Positions 37,633 through 47,567 of a DNA stretch of 64,000 bases are shown in pieces. The notes under the pieces are model-generated. The model searched no databases. It saw nothing but the letters and a program-made list of their open reading frames with translations, and was not told the origin of the DNA. The DNA lies in sequence record OR413578.1. One strand, given 5' to 3'. The position numbers and the translations under genes were made by a program. Position 1 is the first letter of the stretch; every line of letters begins with the position of its first letter.

Positions 37633-39333
37633 ATGCAGCTTGTAAATCTACTGATGTATCCGGTCTACGATGTTCCAGAGCAAGTTCGTCGCCGCATCGG
37701 CTTTAACGCATCGACGGGTGCACTGGATGACTTAGCAGCAGCGGTTGAACTGGGCGGGGAAAAAGCTGTGGGAACACAGCAGTATCAAGAAGCATTATCT
37801 GCCATCGTGGGCTTCGATGGCACCCAGAATGGTTTTGAGCGTCCATTCATCAACGTGTCCGATGATGACAATCGTCCTGTACAGTTCCAATGGGAATCAC
37901 GTGATACCGGTATCTTTAACTTCGTGGCGGTGTTTATTGCTAAACCTCTGAATGCAACACGCACTCAGGAAACGCAATACATCGTATCCGGTTATACCAG
38001 TCAGGCAGAAACCAGCCTGGGTAGCTTGCTGCCGGACGATATGGTGTTGTACATTAACGACATCTACGGCTTACAGGCAACGTATACACACGATGCCCTG
38101 GGCGGCAAAACATTGAACCCAGACTCATTCCGTCTACTGGATAACTACGTTTTATCGAAAGCATTGTCTGTTGAAGGTCAAACAGAAAGTACGGTAGATA
38201 TCATTTCGATCGCGAAAGCGGCGGACATGGTAAAACGTATTGAAATGAACAGCGGTGAGAAGTTCGTTCCAACGAGCGACTCTGTACTGTCCGCAACCAG
38301 TAGCTCTGCACCACAGTTGATGGTATCCCAACTCCAGCGTCCAGAAAACTACGTATCTGCCATCAGTAATGCGTATCTGGCAAGCTCTGGGGTAGATACC
38401 GAACTCGGTAGCGTGGAAAGCTTCTTTGCAGGTAATAACTCCATCGGTGTTGAATCTGAATTGAAGCAGCGTGGTGTTATCCGTAACTACAGCAACCACG
38501 AACTGATTGCTGCGATGCGTCAAGCACTCCAGAACGGGATGTCTGATGTATCTGGCGGCTGGAAAGCAACCAGTAAGGCGACGTTCCGTTTGGCTGATTT
38601 GCGTAATGCGATTGTCAACCCAATGCGGTTGGATGAATGTATCCGTGAATCGCTGGCGCTGGCAAGTCGCCGTGGGTTGGGTGCAGGGCTGGTTAACCAA
38701 ACGGACCACTGGATTGGACGTAATGGCTTCTCCACGCAGGGTAGTCTAGTTGCGTATGATCTGGCTATGTCTATCGGGCCGATTATGTCACGTAACCTGA
38801 TTGGTGAAGTGAGCTTTGTCTTTGATAACCGCAACACAGATATCATGATAGAGCCTACGCTGGAAGTTATTCCTAACTCAGTCAGCAGCATCACGCACCA
38901 TCAGTTACCTGCTGCATTAGGTCGTCGTTTCTTGCAGAACATGAAAGAAGCGATGGTTCAGGTTACTAAACATAACCATATTCGCTGCCACATGCTGGTC
39001 ACCGCATTGTTGGGGACCGTTACTCGTATTGAAATCCGTGTCGACGACGAACCGCTGGAATATTACACCTACGCGTCGTTTATGCAATTCCGTCTCCATA
39101 CCGGCAACACCACCGATCTCAAATACGTTGGTGAGCTGGCACAGAACACCGCAACGCTGTTGAAAGCCGTGGAAGAAGGTTATACAGAATTCGAGAAAGG
39201 CCAAGGCCGGGGTCGAATGCTATCTAACATTCCAACTAACACAGGTGGCTTAGATCCTCTTGGAGGTCTTGACCTGGGTGGTGGCTTAGGCGGTATAGGC
39301 GGAAACGGACTCGGCAACGGTCTCATTGATTAA
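37633..39333 (+). CDS. picA: PicA/Imp1-like phage-nucleus protein import factor (phiKZ gp69-like)
   Basis: 566 aa; position directly after gp68-like; Gly/Leu C-terminal tail. Confidence 0.6.
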   Translation: MQLVNLLMYPVYDVPEQVRRRIGFNASTGALDDLAAAVELGGEKAVGTQQYQEALSAIVGFDGTQNGFERPFINVSDDDNRPVQFQWESRDTGIFNFVAVFIAKPLNATRTQETQYIVSGYTSQAETSLGSLLPDDMVLYINDIYGLQATYTHDALGGKTLNPDSFRLLDNYVLSKALSVEGQTESTVDIISIAKAADMVKRIEMNSGEKFVPTSDSVLSATSSSAPQLMVSQLQRPENYVSAISNAYLASSGVDTELGSVESFFAGNNSIGVESELKQRGVIRNYSNHELIAAMRQALQNGMSDVSGGWKATSKATFRLADLRNAIVNPMRLDECIRESLALASRRGLGAGLVNQTDHWIGRNGFSTQGSLVAYDLAMSIGPIMSRNLIGEVSFVFDNRNTDIMIEPTLEVIPNSVSSITHHQLPAALGRRFLQNMKEAMVQVTKHNHIRCHMLVTALLGTVTRIEIRVDDEPLEYYTYASFMQFRLHTGNTTDLKYVGELAQNTATLLKAVEEGYTEFEKGQGRGRMLSNIPTNTGGLDPLGGLDLGGGLGGIGGNGLGNGLID

Positions 39334-39345
39334 GGATTATTAACC

Positions 39346-40713
39346 ATGAAATTGATTGAATTCTACCGTTCGTTTCTGACCTCGCTCGGATACGGATTCG
39401 AAGGTGACATGCTGACTATCGATGATGGTCATCCGGCAATGTTCACCTACAACAAAGTGAAGCGCCGCTTGGTGCTTCCAACTGCAGCGATGATTAAGCG
39501 TGGGTTGGAAGATGACGAAGGTAGTGAATGTCATGCGTTCCACCCGCTGTGTGAATCGGTGCTGGCTGGCGAATCTGGAACGATTCGTTTCCTGAAGAAA
39601 GCCATCAACGCGAACCTCTTCCTGAAAAGCTTCGAGTTAATCGATGCGATTTTGGAAACAGCAGCCGAAGGAAAAAATATCCGTCTGGCAGCGTACAAGA
39701 AGTTTTTAAGCGATGTGGTTTGTGCTGACCTGAAAGATCCAACGATGGATAAGAAACTGGTTCAGAGCTGGCACGCAGTGAAGAACTACGTTTACGGGTT
39801 GCTGGAAGAAGATAAAAAGACAAAGATCACCAGTATCTTCATCTCCAGCGATATGACCATTGAAGGTATCAAATATATCCGTGTGGCGAACTACAAACAC
39901 ATGTTTGAAGAAGAGTCACTGGATGGTACGGCAACATTCTTCGGTGCCAAGCTCCAGCGTAAGCAGGATAAGGTCATTATCTTTAACCTGCTAACTGCAG
40001 TGTTTGGTTGGTATCCTTCGGTTACGGGTTCTAACGATCCGCGTCCGTACTTCGGTTCTTTGGCACGCGGTTGGGCACAATACGTGACCAACTACAATCA
40101 AGTGGTTCGTGGTCTGCGTGACCACACTCCACTGCGTCCGTTAGAAGAAGAATGGATTGGCCAACTGGATAACATGAGCGTTTATGATAACGTTATCCAA
40201 ACTCTGCCGTATAATACCGGCCCACGCACCGATCAGGCAACAGACACCACCGCAACGGATTTCCGTATCGGGCGTACACCTGCCGGCACAAAGCCGGTCG
40301 TTGCTTTAGCTTCTCAACAAGCTCCGCAGGAAAATCTTGATCTCAACGATCCGGTAAACTATTTCCGTGCGAAGAAAGCGCAACAGGCGTCTTCAGCTAA
40401 TAGCTTCAATGCGTTAGCACCGAAGATTCAGGAAGCGCTGCGTGAGAACAACGGCCATTTACCGAAAGGGACAATTAAAGAACTGTCTCTCGGTGAAGCG
40501 CTGCGTGGTAATGCGGTGACGAAAGAAAGTGGTCTGGGTTCTGGTTTGCTGGGAAGTAGTAATAATCTCTTGGGGGGTAGCACGCAGTTGGGCGGCGGTA
40601 GCACCAACCTCTTAGGAGGGAGTAGTGACGTGTTAGGTGGTCTGGGTGGTTTAGGTGGCGGAAGTAGCAGCAGTTTAGGCAACCTACCATTCTCATCAGC
40701 TAATTTACGTTAA
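39346..40713 (+). CDS. Conserved core protein (phiKZ gp70-like)
   Basis: 455 aa; synteny; HAFHPLCE motif; G/S/L low-complexity C-terminal tail. Confidence 0.65.
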   Translation: MKLIEFYRSFLTSLGYGFEGDMLTIDDGHPAMFTYNKVKRRLVLPTAAMIKRGLEDDEGSECHAFHPLCESVLAGESGTIRFLKKAINANLFLKSFELIDAILETAAEGKNIRLAAYKKFLSDVVCADLKDPTMDKKLVQSWHAVKNYVYGLLEEDKKTKITSIFISSDMTIEGIKYIRVANYKHMFEEESLDGTATFFGAKLQRKQDKVIIFNLLTAVFGWYPSVTGSNDPRPYFGSLARGWAQYVTNYNQVVRGLRDHTPLRPLEEEWIGQLDNMSVYDNVIQTLPYNTGPRTDQATDTTATDFRIGRTPAGTKPVVALASQQAPQENLDLNDPVNYFRAKKAQQASSANSFNALAPKIQEALRENNGHLPKGTIKELSLGEALRGNAVTKESGLGSGLLGSSNNLLGGSTQLGGGSTNLLGGSSDVLGGLGGLGGGSSSSLGNLPFSSANLR

Positions 40714-40723
40714 GCGTTAGAAA

Positions 40724-40744
40724 GAAGGGACTGGGCGTCCCTTC
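40724..40744. terminator. Bidirectional terminator
   Basis: GAAGGGAC-TGGGC-GTCCCTTC followed by a T-tract, between convergent genes. Confidence 0.8.
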
Positions 40745-40750
40745 TTTTTT

Positions 40751-41074
40751 TCAAGATTCTACGATAGTCGATAAGATGTTACTTACCACACCGACACTAG
40801 GAACCAATAAGGTTCTTATCTCTGGCGTGAAATCAAACGGAGTAGAAATTCCGTTCATTAACATCATCGGATAAATAATACTATTATCGTACTGTTTGAG
40901 ACGACAGTACGCGTAGAAACTGTGTACCTCTGGGTAGGCATATTTTGGGTCAACAACTTCTTCTGTAGTATCTGGGTGTTTGCGAAGGAAGTCTGTATAG
41001 TCATGCAACACCTTATACTTGGTCGAATCAGGCGAAGGTATTATTTCGGATAAGGTAGCAAATTTATCTAGCAT
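40751..41074 (-). CDS. Small LysM/P2 gpX/T4 gp53-like protein
   Basis: 107 aa; SD AAGGAG; MMLMNGISTPFDFTPEIRTLLVP matches the gpX/gp53 pattern. Confidence 0.55.
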   Translation of the reverse strand: MLDKFATLSEIIPSPDSTKYKVLHDYTDFLRKHPDTTEEVVDPKYAYPEVHSFYAYCRLKQYDNSIIYPMMLMNGISTPFDFTPEIRTLLVPSVGVVSNILSTIVES

Positions 41075-41140
41075 CGTCTCTCCTTAAAATAAAACAGATA
41101 GATATTATCTTACCGAGGTAACCAAAAGGAGCATTTACGA

Positions 41141-43378
41141 ATGAAAACACCAGTCGAACTCATGTCAAGCGTTGCTGACCGTGAGGTGAATATCACTGGC
41201 GTATCTGGGGCACGTGCCTCAATGGTGGGTGGACATATGAAGTCGGCGGTACCACTGGACAATCCAGATCCGACTATCCATTTTACCGGCGCTGATGTGA
41301 ACTACCACGATTATTGTTTTAACGATATCGTGGAAGACAGTGGTACCGTGTGCAGTTACACAACCAAAGAAGGTGTTACTCGTGCAGCTGTTTTTGCACG
41401 CTATGGTCGTGAAGGGGATCACGATCCGCTCCAACATGTTATCTTCTTCACGCGCGCAGATTTAACCAACCAGCGCAAAGTGATGATTGATGTAATCGAT
41501 ATCAAGTATTACACCAACCACGATAACATTTTCTCGTCTAAGAAAGAGGCTACTGGGAAACTTCAGGCGTTGCTGCGCGGGCAGACTCAGCACCTGGAAA
41601 AAGATGAAATGCTTACCGTGCTGCCGGCACAGAAAGACGGTGAGTTTGTCGATGGGGTCAACCTGCACACCGTGACAATGTCGCACCCGGACATTATCGA
41701 GGACTCGTACACCATCTCCGAAACTGCAGCGAAGGCGATGCACGCTTATGGTTTGCGTGCAATTGACTTTACCCTGCGCGACGACGAGTACCTGCTTGAC
41801 ACGTATGGGACAACGGGTATTGATGGCGTTCGTCGACCACAGTACCTGCCCAATAAAGGACAGGCAATTCGTGATGATGGGTTGGTTATTGCCGCTCGCC
41901 GTTTCGATAAGCTATGGGCAGCCATTGACTCGCACGTAGGTGAAACACAACATATCTCTCCGCACTTCGACCGTTGTGAGTATGTTGATGCCGACCCTGA
42001 GCATTACAAAGCGCGTCAGGCTGGCGACTTTGAAAAGATGGAACGTACTGGTTCTCGTGTCGTTGATATTCAGGTATGGCGGGACGAAACCAAATGCGAT
42101 CGTGGCGTTAACAATATCGCATGTACCGAAGAGAACAAACGCGAGTTAGATCACTACGCGAACGCTTTGAAACGTTTTTACAATGATATCGTGCGGTTCT
42201 ATTTTGCGATGTCCAAGGACAAGAATATTGTCTGGTCACCGAAAGCGTTTGAGATTCTTGACAAGGCGTTCTGTTCTGAGACGTATGAAGTCTATAACGA
42301 CTTCCGTGAAGAGATTGGTCGTGAATACGATGAAGCCATGCGTAAAGGTGAGTATAACCGTTCTGCTGATAAGAACGTGTTGAACAAACTGGCGCAGCCG
42401 GTTCAGCGTGGTCTCTGGGACCCAATTGGTAGCTACACGATACGCATCGTGGTACGTTATCCAATCCCAGTTACCGTCTCATCGAAAATCACCGACCGTT
42501 CAGGTACAAAAGGTATCGTGGGCGCAGTGCGGCCTGATGAAGAAATGCCGATTAACGAGTTCGGAGAACGTGTGCATGTCATTCGTTCCATGAACGCCGT
42601 AATTCGTCGTTCGACTTATGCTGCGCTGTTCCACATGTATTGGTCTGCTGCATCCGAGCAGTTGAAGATGCGGTTGAAACCATTACTTGCTGCCAACCAG
42701 GTTGATGAAGCCTGGGAAATCCTGATGGACTATATCGATCGCTATAACCCACGCTGGACATTCTATCTCAATGCCAGTCACCCAGATACTGAGTCACGTC
42801 TGGAACTCTTTAAAGAGATTTACGACTTCACGATTCGTATCTGGCTTCCCCACGAATTGAATGCCACCCAGGTAGAAATCTGCCGTGCTCTAGGCGAGTA
42901 TGCACCACGCAAGTCTAAGCTACTGATTACTAACTATCAGGGTGAGAAAGAGTGGACGAAGAACCAGTTCTACGTCGGCATGGTAGAGACTCTGCGCCTG
43001 GATAAAACCGGTCGTGAGTTCTCCAGTATCTCGTCGATGTACACGAACTATTTGGGTTGTATTGATGCATCCAACCAAGGACGTGGTTCATATCCGATTA
43101 ACCTGAAAGGGTTGAAGTGGGGTGGTCCTTCCGAGCAGCGTCTTACCGACGGCTTTGGTCCGGGCAACTTCCCCGAAACTCATGACCGCGCTAATAACCC
43201 TGCGGTACACCGTGCGATCGTAACGGGGTTGTATAACTCGCCAACACCAACCAATCCGGGGGTGCTGGTCGATCGTAAGAAACTGCCAATGGGAGATTCG
43301 CAGATTGACAGGATGATACGTAACATCCATCGCTGTGAAGGTTTTGAATTAGTGCGTCCAATTCGGGAGGATAAATAA
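41141..43378 (+). CDS. Non-virion RNAP beta C-terminal subunit (phiKZ gp71-73-like)
   Basis: SSKITDRSGTKGIV (GDK..RHG.KG equivalent), EDS, GGPSEQR; uninterrupted 745 aa. Confidence 0.85.
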   Translation: MKTPVELMSSVADREVNITGVSGARASMVGGHMKSAVPLDNPDPTIHFTGADVNYHDYCFNDIVEDSGTVCSYTTKEGVTRAAVFARYGREGDHDPLQHVIFFTRADLTNQRKVMIDVIDIKYYTNHDNIFSSKKEATGKLQALLRGQTQHLEKDEMLTVLPAQKDGEFVDGVNLHTVTMSHPDIIEDSYTISETAAKAMHAYGLRAIDFTLRDDEYLLDTYGTTGIDGVRRPQYLPNKGQAIRDDGLVIAARRFDKLWAAIDSHVGETQHISPHFDRCEYVDADPEHYKARQAGDFEKMERTGSRVVDIQVWRDETKCDRGVNNIACTEENKRELDHYANALKRFYNDIVRFYFAMSKDKNIVWSPKAFEILDKAFCSETYEVYNDFREEIGREYDEAMRKGEYNRSADKNVLNKLAQPVQRGLWDPIGSYTIRIVVRYPIPVTVSSKITDRSGTKGIVGAVRPDEEMPINEFGERVHVIRSMNAVIRRSTYAALFHMYWSAASEQLKMRLKPLLAANQVDEAWEILMDYIDRYNPRWTFYLNASHPDTESRLELFKEIYDFTIRIWLPHELNATQVEICRALGEYAPRKSKLLITNYQGEKEWTKNQFYVGMVETLRLDKTGREFSSISSMYTNYLGCIDASNQGRGSYPINLKGLKWGGPSEQRLTDGFGPGNFPETHDRANNPAVHRAIVTGLYNSPTPTNPGVLVDRKKLPMGDSQIDRMIRNIHRCEGFELVRPIREDK

Positions 43379-45483
43379 TGGCGGGTCGTTCTGTACACGT
43401 GCGTGATTTGCGTATGCTTAACTCTGATCAGGTGTGGAAACTACGCGGGCGTTATTACGTGACATTCGACGATGGTAAGTCGTTGGAAATGTCTAGTCGC
43501 CACATCAAACTCAGCTGGCCGTATTGGGGTGTGTCGCGTCTGTATCCGCAGGTGCCCACTCCATCGACCATGGCGTATCGTCCAGGTCAGGTAGCAACAG
43601 ATGACCTGCATCTGGACTTTATGTCGGAAGCAGCGGTACTGGCCCGTAAAGCAGGTGTCGACCTTGCTGAAACGCGTTATATCCTGAGTCAACATGTCTA
43701 CGCCGATGCGTTCAACATGACAGTGAAGAACTTGCTGTCGTATTGTACGACAATCGACTTTGACACGATGATGGAGATCTACGACCACCCGAACTTCGAA
43801 CTCATCCGTCAGTGGGAAGTGCAATACCCTACTGGCTACGATGAAGATGGTCAGGATATGGTTGAAGAAGCGTACAAGCTTATCGAGAAAATCTTCAAAG
43901 ACCCTGCGCTACGGTATAACCCGGTCGTGATGTCGGTACTGGACGGTACTGTGAAGATGAACCAGGTACTGCAAGCCTTCGTGCGTGGTAAAACGTCAGA
44001 AATTGACTCACGTGTATACACCAATCAGGTGTGGGAAGGCTTCTTTACCGGAATGCACTCGGTTATTTCGCGTTTGAAAGAATCCGGTGCAACATCACGT
44101 TCCCACTTGTACAACACTGACAAGATTGCCGAAGCAGAATACGCCTCACGTAAACTGCAGCTGGCAGCAAACGTACTGATGTATTTCACGTACGACGACT
44201 GCGGTACAACTCACGCACACCGCTACACGTTTAAGGATACGCAGCTGGATGAGCGTGCCTATAAAGCGATGGTGGGGATGCGTTATCGTTTAGAAGGCGA
44301 TAATGGTCCGTGGTTGAGATTTGAGAAAGGTGGATACGCAGACCTGGTTGGTAAACCGCTGGTCTTCCGTAGTGCAATGACCTGTAAAGAGATGGCGAAT
44401 CAGTCCATCTGTGCGACCTGCATGGGGGATTTGATTTATAACCTCTCTGAAGGCACGTCACCGGGTCACCTGGCATCCACTTCCATCTCAGAAAAGGGTA
44501 CACAGGGAATTCTCTCCACCAAGCACCTTGACTTCTTGCGTTATCTGCTCAACCTGGTACTCACCCCACGTATGCGTGAGTATATGACCGAATACAAACA
44601 TAACTCTCTGAAAGGGTTGTGCTTGCTGCCAAAACCACAGCGTGGGAATTGGTCAGAATACGAGTTGGTTGTTACCGACAAAGTTTATTCGGAGCTGAGC
44701 CAGATTGCGTATCATGAAGATCTCGATGCAATCGATGAAACGGCATTGCCGGAAATCACCGACTTGACATTCCAGCGTCGTTTAGAAGATGGGCAAATCA
44801 TCGCTGCAGATTCTATCGATGTGCGAATGGGTGTTTGTGGGAACTTCTCTAAACCGTTCTTGCATTACTTCTTGAAACAACGTGCGAACATTCGTATCGA
44901 GAAGAAGACGGTAGAAATCCCCTTAAAAGGATGGAACCCGAAACACCCGGTCCTGGTCTACACCAACCGTTCTGAATCGATGGCAGAGTTCGTAGCCGGC
45001 TTAGAAACCAAGCTCCGTTCAATTGCAGCTGATAAGAACGAAGACATTGTGGAAATCATCAACACAGCATCGACTGTGAAGCTGAACAAGAAACAAGGTC
45101 GTGTGAAACCGGTAACGTTGGTTGAAATGGGTGGTGCTACAGAGAAACAGTGTACTTATGCGTTGATGGACACGTTTAAGTATATCCAGCGTAAGCTGAG
45201 TGGTATACCGATGACGCATATTGCGATTATGTTGGCGATATCTCGTGTAGAGTCGCCAACCAATCCGTTCCCGGCAGTAGGATTTGACAGTGAGGATTCT
45301 ACTAATGCCACCGGGAAACGGTTTGTCGATCACAACACGCTCATTAGTTTGCGCTCGGCAATTCCGATGTTGTTGTTTGAAGGACAGCAGGGGAATATCG
45401 ATCGCGTTGGTTTTTATACCGAGTACAAAATCCCGGCATCGTTGTACGATGACCTAGGAGCCGCTGTGGTAATTGAGTTGTAA
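43378..45483 (+). CDS. Non-virion RNAP beta-prime C-terminal subunit (phiKZ gp74-like)
   Basis: Bridge-helix region YASRKLQ, DCGT, C..ICATCMG, trigger-loop SEKGTQGILSTKH. Confidence 0.85.
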   Translation: MAGRSVHVRDLRMLNSDQVWKLRGRYYVTFDDGKSLEMSSRHIKLSWPYWGVSRLYPQVPTPSTMAYRPGQVATDDLHLDFMSEAAVLARKAGVDLAETRYILSQHVYADAFNMTVKNLLSYCTTIDFDTMMEIYDHPNFELIRQWEVQYPTGYDEDGQDMVEEAYKLIEKIFKDPALRYNPVVMSVLDGTVKMNQVLQAFVRGKTSEIDSRVYTNQVWEGFFTGMHSVISRLKESGATSRSHLYNTDKIAEAEYASRKLQLAANVLMYFTYDDCGTTHAHRYTFKDTQLDERAYKAMVGMRYRLEGDNGPWLRFEKGGYADLVGKPLVFRSAMTCKEMANQSICATCMGDLIYNLSEGTSPGHLASTSISEKGTQGILSTKHLDFLRYLLNLVLTPRMREYMTEYKHNSLKGLCLLPKPQRGNWSEYELVVTDKVYSELSQIAYHEDLDAIDETALPEITDLTFQRRLEDGQIIAADSIDVRMGVCGNFSKPFLHYFLKQRANIRIEKKTVEIPLKGWNPKHPVLVYTNRSESMAEFVAGLETKLRSIAADKNEDIVEIINTASTVKLNKKQGRVKPVTLVEMGGATEKQCTYALMDTFKYIQRKLSGIPMTHIAIMLAISRVESPTNPFPAVGFDSEDSTNATGKRFVDHNTLISLRSAIPMLLFEGQQGNIDRVGFYTEYKIPASLYDDLGAAVVIEL

Positions 45484-45486
45484 ACC

Positions 45487-45505
45487 GAGGGGCCTTGCGC
45501 CCCTC
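45487..45505 (+). terminator. Intrinsic terminator
   Basis: GAGGGGC-CTTGC-GCCCCTC followed by a T-tract. Confidence 0.8.
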
Positions 45506-45529
45506 TTTTTTTGTGCGAAGAGGGGCAGC

Positions 45530-47236
45530 ATGGTAGAAATTCAAATGACTTACACGAGTATGGGGGTACGGGTTGAAGTCCCCATCCGCCAGGCTGAAAG
45601 GGCCATACTCGCGTGGGCCGAAGAGAATATGCACGCCCCAAAGATGGGCAAGCAACATGGACGAATAACTACGGAACGCGGTGACGCGTACTACGCCCAC
45701 ATTCCGTCTTTAAGGACATTTATTTTCCATAAAGTGTTCGCTGAGAAGATTAAACATATCCTCCAACGGGCAGCAATTGAATACGCTTTTCAGTACAAGC
45801 TTACAGAGCACCATCCCGAACGTGCAGAACCTTATAAGTGCACGTTTGATAATTACGGATTCGATCTCGAGGTCACCGATCCTAACTCACGTTTCTATTA
45901 TCAGAACGAAGTTAGCGAAGCGGCGATGACCCCAGGTCGACAGCAGACGATATTTGCCATCCAGACCGGAGCCGGGAAATCTAAAAGCTTCATGAAAGTG
46001 GTTGTTAAGAAGGGCGTTAGGACAGGTCTTATCATTCGACCGACCTATGTTCCGAAGTGGATATTCGATACCACTGACGACCCGACGGGCTTAAGGGAAT
46101 CTCGCGATGGCGTGCTGGTTTGTACCGGCGTGCAGGCCATCTACGAGGCCCTGGAGATGGGTAAATCGGGTGAGCTGGATAGACGTGGGATTAAGCTGAT
46201 AATCCTCCCTACGGTGACGCTACAGCGTTTCCTGAAGGAGTACATTAACACAGCCGCAACAAACCCTGTAGACTTGGATACGTTTTACGACGTACTGGGT
46301 ATCGGGTTGTTGGGAATGGATGAGGTACATGAGCATTTCCACCTGGTCTACATGGCAGGCGTAATGCTTAACCCGCCACCAAGTATTGAAATGTCTGCAA
46401 CGCTAACTCCTGGTTCCAGTAAAGCGTTTATCGCTGAACGGTACATGGAGCGTTTCCCAATGGAGTGCCGTATCAGTATCCCTATCGTTCCTGTAGTCGA
46501 CGTGAAAGCGTTGTACTACCGTTTAGATGATAAGAAGTTTGCGTGGTGGGCGTCGAAGATGACGCCGTATAACCACAAACTCTTCGAAGGGAAACTGATT
46601 AAAGAGAACTTACACTTAGAATACGCAAACATGATTTGGGATGTGGTTGAGAAATCGTTTCTTAAGCGGTATCAGCCGGGTCAGAAATGTTTGATACTCT
46701 TTGCAACCGTTGCAATGTGTGAGTTCTTTACCGAGTATGTGAAAGATAAGTTGTCGCGTGACCCTATATTTCACGCCTTAATGGTGTCGAAATATAATGC
46801 AGGCGATTCGTATGACGACTTTATCCAAGCAGACTTCTCTATCTCCACACCGGGGAAAGCGGGGACTGCGGTCGATAAACCTGGGTTGGTACACATGTAC
46901 ATTTCAACCCCGGTAGAAGACCAGCAACTGAACGAACAGATGGCCGGTCGTCCACGTAAGATTCTCCACAACGAATGGGGTGAAATAGACCCAACGGTGT
47001 GGTTATTCCATGCGTATAACGTACCGAAGCATTGCAATTACCTGAATGCCCGCCAGAAATCACTCAAGGATGTCGTATTGTCGTTCCGTATCGCGACATC
47101 CCCCTACGTTGTAAGGAAATCACATGCTCACTCCGCCGCGTCCAGCAGAGCCGCTGCCACCCTACATCGGAATGACTTTAGCAAGTTTTCTCGAAAACAT
47201 TCTAAAGGCGTATCCCGGCGTAGAAGACGTCGCTAA
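45530..47236 (+). CDS. SF2 (DEAD/DEAH-box, UvsW-like) helicase (phiKZ gp75-like)
   Basis: QTGAGKS, DEVH, SAT, Q..GR.R motifs; start moved to ATG 45530. Confidence 0.88.
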   Translation: MVEIQMTYTSMGVRVEVPIRQAERAILAWAEENMHAPKMGKQHGRITTERGDAYYAHIPSLRTFIFHKVFAEKIKHILQRAAIEYAFQYKLTEHHPERAEPYKCTFDNYGFDLEVTDPNSRFYYQNEVSEAAMTPGRQQTIFAIQTGAGKSKSFMKVVVKKGVRTGLIIRPTYVPKWIFDTTDDPTGLRESRDGVLVCTGVQAIYEALEMGKSGELDRRGIKLIILPTVTLQRFLKEYINTAATNPVDLDTFYDVLGIGLLGMDEVHEHFHLVYMAGVMLNPPPSIEMSATLTPGSSKAFIAERYMERFPMECRISIPIVPVVDVKALYYRLDDKKFAWWASKMTPYNHKLFEGKLIKENLHLEYANMIWDVVEKSFLKRYQPGQKCLILFATVAMCEFFTEYVKDKLSRDPIFHALMVSKYNAGDSYDDFIQADFSISTPGKAGTAVDKPGLVHMYISTPVEDQQLNEQMAGRPRKILHNEWGEIDPTVWLFHAYNVPKHCNYLNARQKSLKDVVLSFRIATSPYVVRKSHAHSAASSRAAATLHRNDFSKFSRKHSKGVSRRRRRR

Positions 47237-47507
47237 GAAACTCTGCACCGACGCCACTATCAACCAAGCGTTTCATTACTACATGGTCACTGAACATTAC
47301 AGCGGCCTGTTCCTTAACCAACGCGGGTTGACGTATTACGTCACCCGCACGTCAAGTATCCGTAACACTTCGTCGTACGAGTTATATACGTACGTGTTGT
47401 GGAATGAGAACCCGGCCGGTAGTGTCGATCAGAATCCAAAGATGGCTTATCGTCTTTACTCTGAAAAATGGCACGATTGGGTGACTGTTCCACACGATGC
47501 AAGTTAA
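47172..47507 (+). CDS. Hypothetical protein
   Basis: 111 aa from MTLASF; overlaps the helicase 3' end by 65 nt. Confidence 0.55.
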   Translation: MTLASFLENILKAYPGVEDVAKKLCTDATINQAFHYYMVTEHYSGLFLNQRGLTYYVTRTSSIRNTSSYELYTYVLWNENPAGSVDQNPKMAYRLYSEKWHDWVTVPHDAS

Positions 47508-47567
47508 TCACGTTTTGGGTGTATATTGTGTATACACCCAACCCCTAATTGCAAAAGGATTATTACG

